Shown: one piece after another, positions 31,548 through 33,674 of the stretch
Position numbering within the stretch: position 1 is the stretch's first letter
Layout of the letters: the number at the start of each line of letters is the position of its first letter
Virus record (IMG/VR): IMGVR_UViG_3300010362_000062
Coordinates: 1-33,674 of that record
Source: a virus
Taxonomy: Duplodnaviria > Caudoviricetes
Length of the DNA: 33,674 nucleotides
Direction: 5' to 3' (one strand)
Notes under the pieces: generated by a model
What the model was told of the DNA's origin: nothing
Seen by the model: the letters and a program-made list of their open reading frames with translations, nothing else
Databases searched by the model: none
Program-made: the position numbers and the translations under genes

Positions 31548-33563
31548 ATGCCCTACGGTGATCTCGGCTCAGAGATGGCGGGTCTCACGACGGCTATGCC
31601 GCAGGTCGATCCGTTGGATTGGCTGCGCGCACAACTCGGCCCGAGTTGGCTGGAGCGCGCGCAACAGCAGGCCGCGACAGATGCTGCCAACTATCAGCGC
31701 GGCGGCGTACCGGCGATGTTTGCCGATACCAGTGAGACGCAAAACTTGGCCGGTGGTTTCGGCGGCAACATCAGAGCAACCGGCGGGCGACCAGCGGCAA
31801 TCACCGCCACGAATCTGCGTGAGATGTCGCTGCCACAGGCCATCGAGGTTGCGCGTGCGGAGTCGCATGTCATCCCGTCGCCATCGCGTGAGGGTGCCTT
31901 TGTCGGCGCACCGGCCAATATCAAGTCGCGTGCCGATCTCGACGCGATGCGCGCGCAACTCGATGAAGCGGCGCGGCTGGGCGCAACCGTTGGCGGCGAA
32001 AAGTGGTACGACAAGGCGCGCGGAGCGGTGAGTGAACTGACCGCCAATGATCCGGCGCGGTCGCGGTCGCTCGCGCAGGAACTGGCGCTGACATCGCCGC
32101 AGGCAACGCCCGAGACCAATCTCGGCTTTGCGCTCAACATGCACAACGCCTCCGAGATGGGCACGCCGCTCGACATCGTGCGCAACTCACGCACCGCGCA
32201 GACCTACAATGCGGCGCGCGCGGCTGGCACCGACATCCCGCTCGGACAGAAAACCGGACCTTACGCCGTCAACATCGACCCGACCGTGCCGTACTCGACG
32301 GTCGGCACCAACGACATCTGGCACGCGCGCTCGATGGGTTACCCAGAGTCGACGATCAAGGGCGGTCTGAAAGCACAGCAGCACGCCTTCATGGATGCCG
32401 AGACAGTGCTGGCGGTCGACCGTGCCAACAAGGCGCAATTCGGTGGACGCGCAGACTGGACATCGCCGGAGGTGCAGGCCGGGACGTGGGTCGGCCAGCG
32501 TGCGCAGCAGCGCGCCGCAGAAGGTATGCCGCTCGGTGAAGCGCTTGCGGAGGGCGCGAAGGGTTATCCCGAGGCGCTGCAGAAATACACCGCCTATGGT
32601 CCAACTGACCCGGTGCCGGGTGTCGGCACTGGGCATCGTCCCGACATCGTTGCGGGCACACCTGCAGCGGCAGCGTATGGCGCTGACCCGCGCTCGACAT
32701 TCTCGCCACAGGGTTACGACGTCTACCATCAGGCGACCGGCGCATATCAGCGCCCGACAATCCCGACCACCGGCATCTACGAAAGCCCCGGCGGGCCGCT
32801 GGAAGTTTCTCCCGGTGAGGCTGCGCGCACGATGGTCGGTATGGCTGGCAAGAGCGGCGAGCGCACATGGGACCCGGCATCGCTGCAGATGCTGCGCTCG
32901 GCTGAAGCAGCGAAGGCCTACGTCAACGCACAGAACATGGCGGCGGCGGTGATGTCGGTGCCGACGAACAAAGCTGGCCGTCTCGGCAGCGTCGAGTTCT
33001 CGACAGGTGGCAAACAATTCACGCCGGAGCAGGTAAACGCGATTCGTGAACTCGGTGCGCGCAATCAACTTCCCGACGTCGCGCATCTCGGCGACCGCGC
33101 CATCATGACCAACTGGATGGAGCAACCGGGCGCGACCTCGAAAAATATCGGGCCGCTCGGCGAGGCACTGTCGGGAATTGTCCCCGGCGCAGAGGCGCGC
33201 CGCACCGAGGTGCTGTCGGCTTATACGCCGGAGATGGATTTTGCTGAGGCGTGGCGAAAGGGCGAAGGCTCCGGCGCAGTCACCGGCCAGTTGCGCTCAT
33301 TGTTGACACCGCAGGTCATCGCCAAGCTGGATGCATCGCCGCAGATCAGGAACGACGTTATCGGTCGGCTGCAGCGCGACATCGAGGGCGCGAAGGGCGG
33401 TGCGCAGGTGCGCGCCGATCTGCAGAACGCGCGCAGCATCATCGCCGAGCAAGGCTTTGCAGGATTGTTCAAGGCGCTCGACAAAGGCAAGGTCGCGCTG
33501 CCCGCAATCCTACCGCTGCTCACTCCGTATCTGCAGCAACAGGAGCGCCCTAATGGCACCTAA
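31548..33563 (+). CDS. Large probable ejection/polyvalent protein with a helical enzymatic-like domain
   Basis: Motif series WYD, LTSPQ..PETN, KTGPY..N, NDIWH and VQAGTW inside an Ala/Gly-rich protein. Confidence 0.6.
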   Translation: MPYGDLGSEMAGLTTAMPQVDPLDWLRAQLGPSWLERAQQQAATDAANYQRGGVPAMFADTSETQNLAGGFGGNIRATGGRPAAITATNLREMSLPQAIEVARAESHVIPSPSREGAFVGAPANIKSRADLDAMRAQLDEAARLGATVGGEKWYDKARGAVSELTANDPARSRSLAQELALTSPQATPETNLGFALNMHNASEMGTPLDIVRNSRTAQTYNAARAAGTDIPLGQKTGPYAVNIDPTVPYSTVGTNDIWHARSMGYPESTIKGGLKAQQHAFMDAETVLAVDRANKAQFGGRADWTSPEVQAGTWVGQRAQQRAAEGMPLGEALAEGAKGYPEALQKYTAYGPTDPVPGVGTGHRPDIVAGTPAAAAYGADPRSTFSPQGYDVYHQATGAYQRPTIPTTGIYESPGGPLEVSPGEAARTMVGMAGKSGERTWDPASLQMLRSAEAAKAYVNAQNMAAAVMSVPTNKAGRLGSVEFSTGGKQFTPEQVNAIRELGARNQLPDVAHLGDRAIMTNWMEQPGATSKNIGPLGEALSGIVPGAEARRTEVLSAYTPEMDFAEAWRKGEGSGAVTGQLRSLLTPQVIAKLDASPQIRNDVIGRLQRDIEGAKGGAQVRADLQNARSIIAEQGFAGLFKALDKGKVALPAILPLLTPYLQQQERPNGT

Positions 33564-33674
33564 ATATCCCCCACAATCGCAGGCCTATTCGCGCAGACCG
33601 CATCACTCGTCGCCTGAGCCGGGCGACGTGCAAACGCCATTTCCGAAGCCACCGGAACAGAACGTGCAGCGGAA
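33553..33674 (+). CDS. N-terminus of the next gene (3' truncated; MAPKYPPQSQ...)
   Basis: AGGAG RBS; frame is open to the window end. Confidence 0.5.
   Translation, partial: MAPKYPPQSQAYSRRPHHSSPEPGDVQTPFPKPPEQNVQR

Overview
This is a GC-rich (visually about 60-65%) segment of a temperate tailed phage, probably infecting Rhizobiales/Bradyrhizobium-like Alphaproteobacteria. It appears to be in the non-integrated state, because an intact attP (3' half of tRNA-Glu-TTC flanked on both sides by arm-type repeats) lies between phage genes, next to a tyrosine integrase and a convergent excisionase. Order from left to right: (1) the end of a Pro-rich probable virion protein and a secreted M15-type peptidase; (2) an accessory region (1.7-6.45 kb) with a serine resolvase, an HTH regulator, mirror-image divergent sigma70 promoters carrying a repeated GGGCCATTGGCCC operator, a boxA-like site and a type II hammerhead ribozyme; (3) attP/int/xis; (4) a leftward early operon (DNA MTase, ERF, YqaJ exonuclease); (5) a control region with two perfect DnaA boxes and no cI gene; (6) a rightward replication operon (Cro-like, VRR-NUC, Zn-finger/Toprim primase, AAA_25 helicase, iteron-like repeats, HGG zinc finger, TerS-like); (7) a leftward HTH-rich block; (8) tail-fibre-like genes, a GH25 endolysin with membrane proteins, and a large probable ejection protein. 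No capsid, portal or large terminase gene is recognisable in the window. All family calls come from motif recognition by eye, not database searches.
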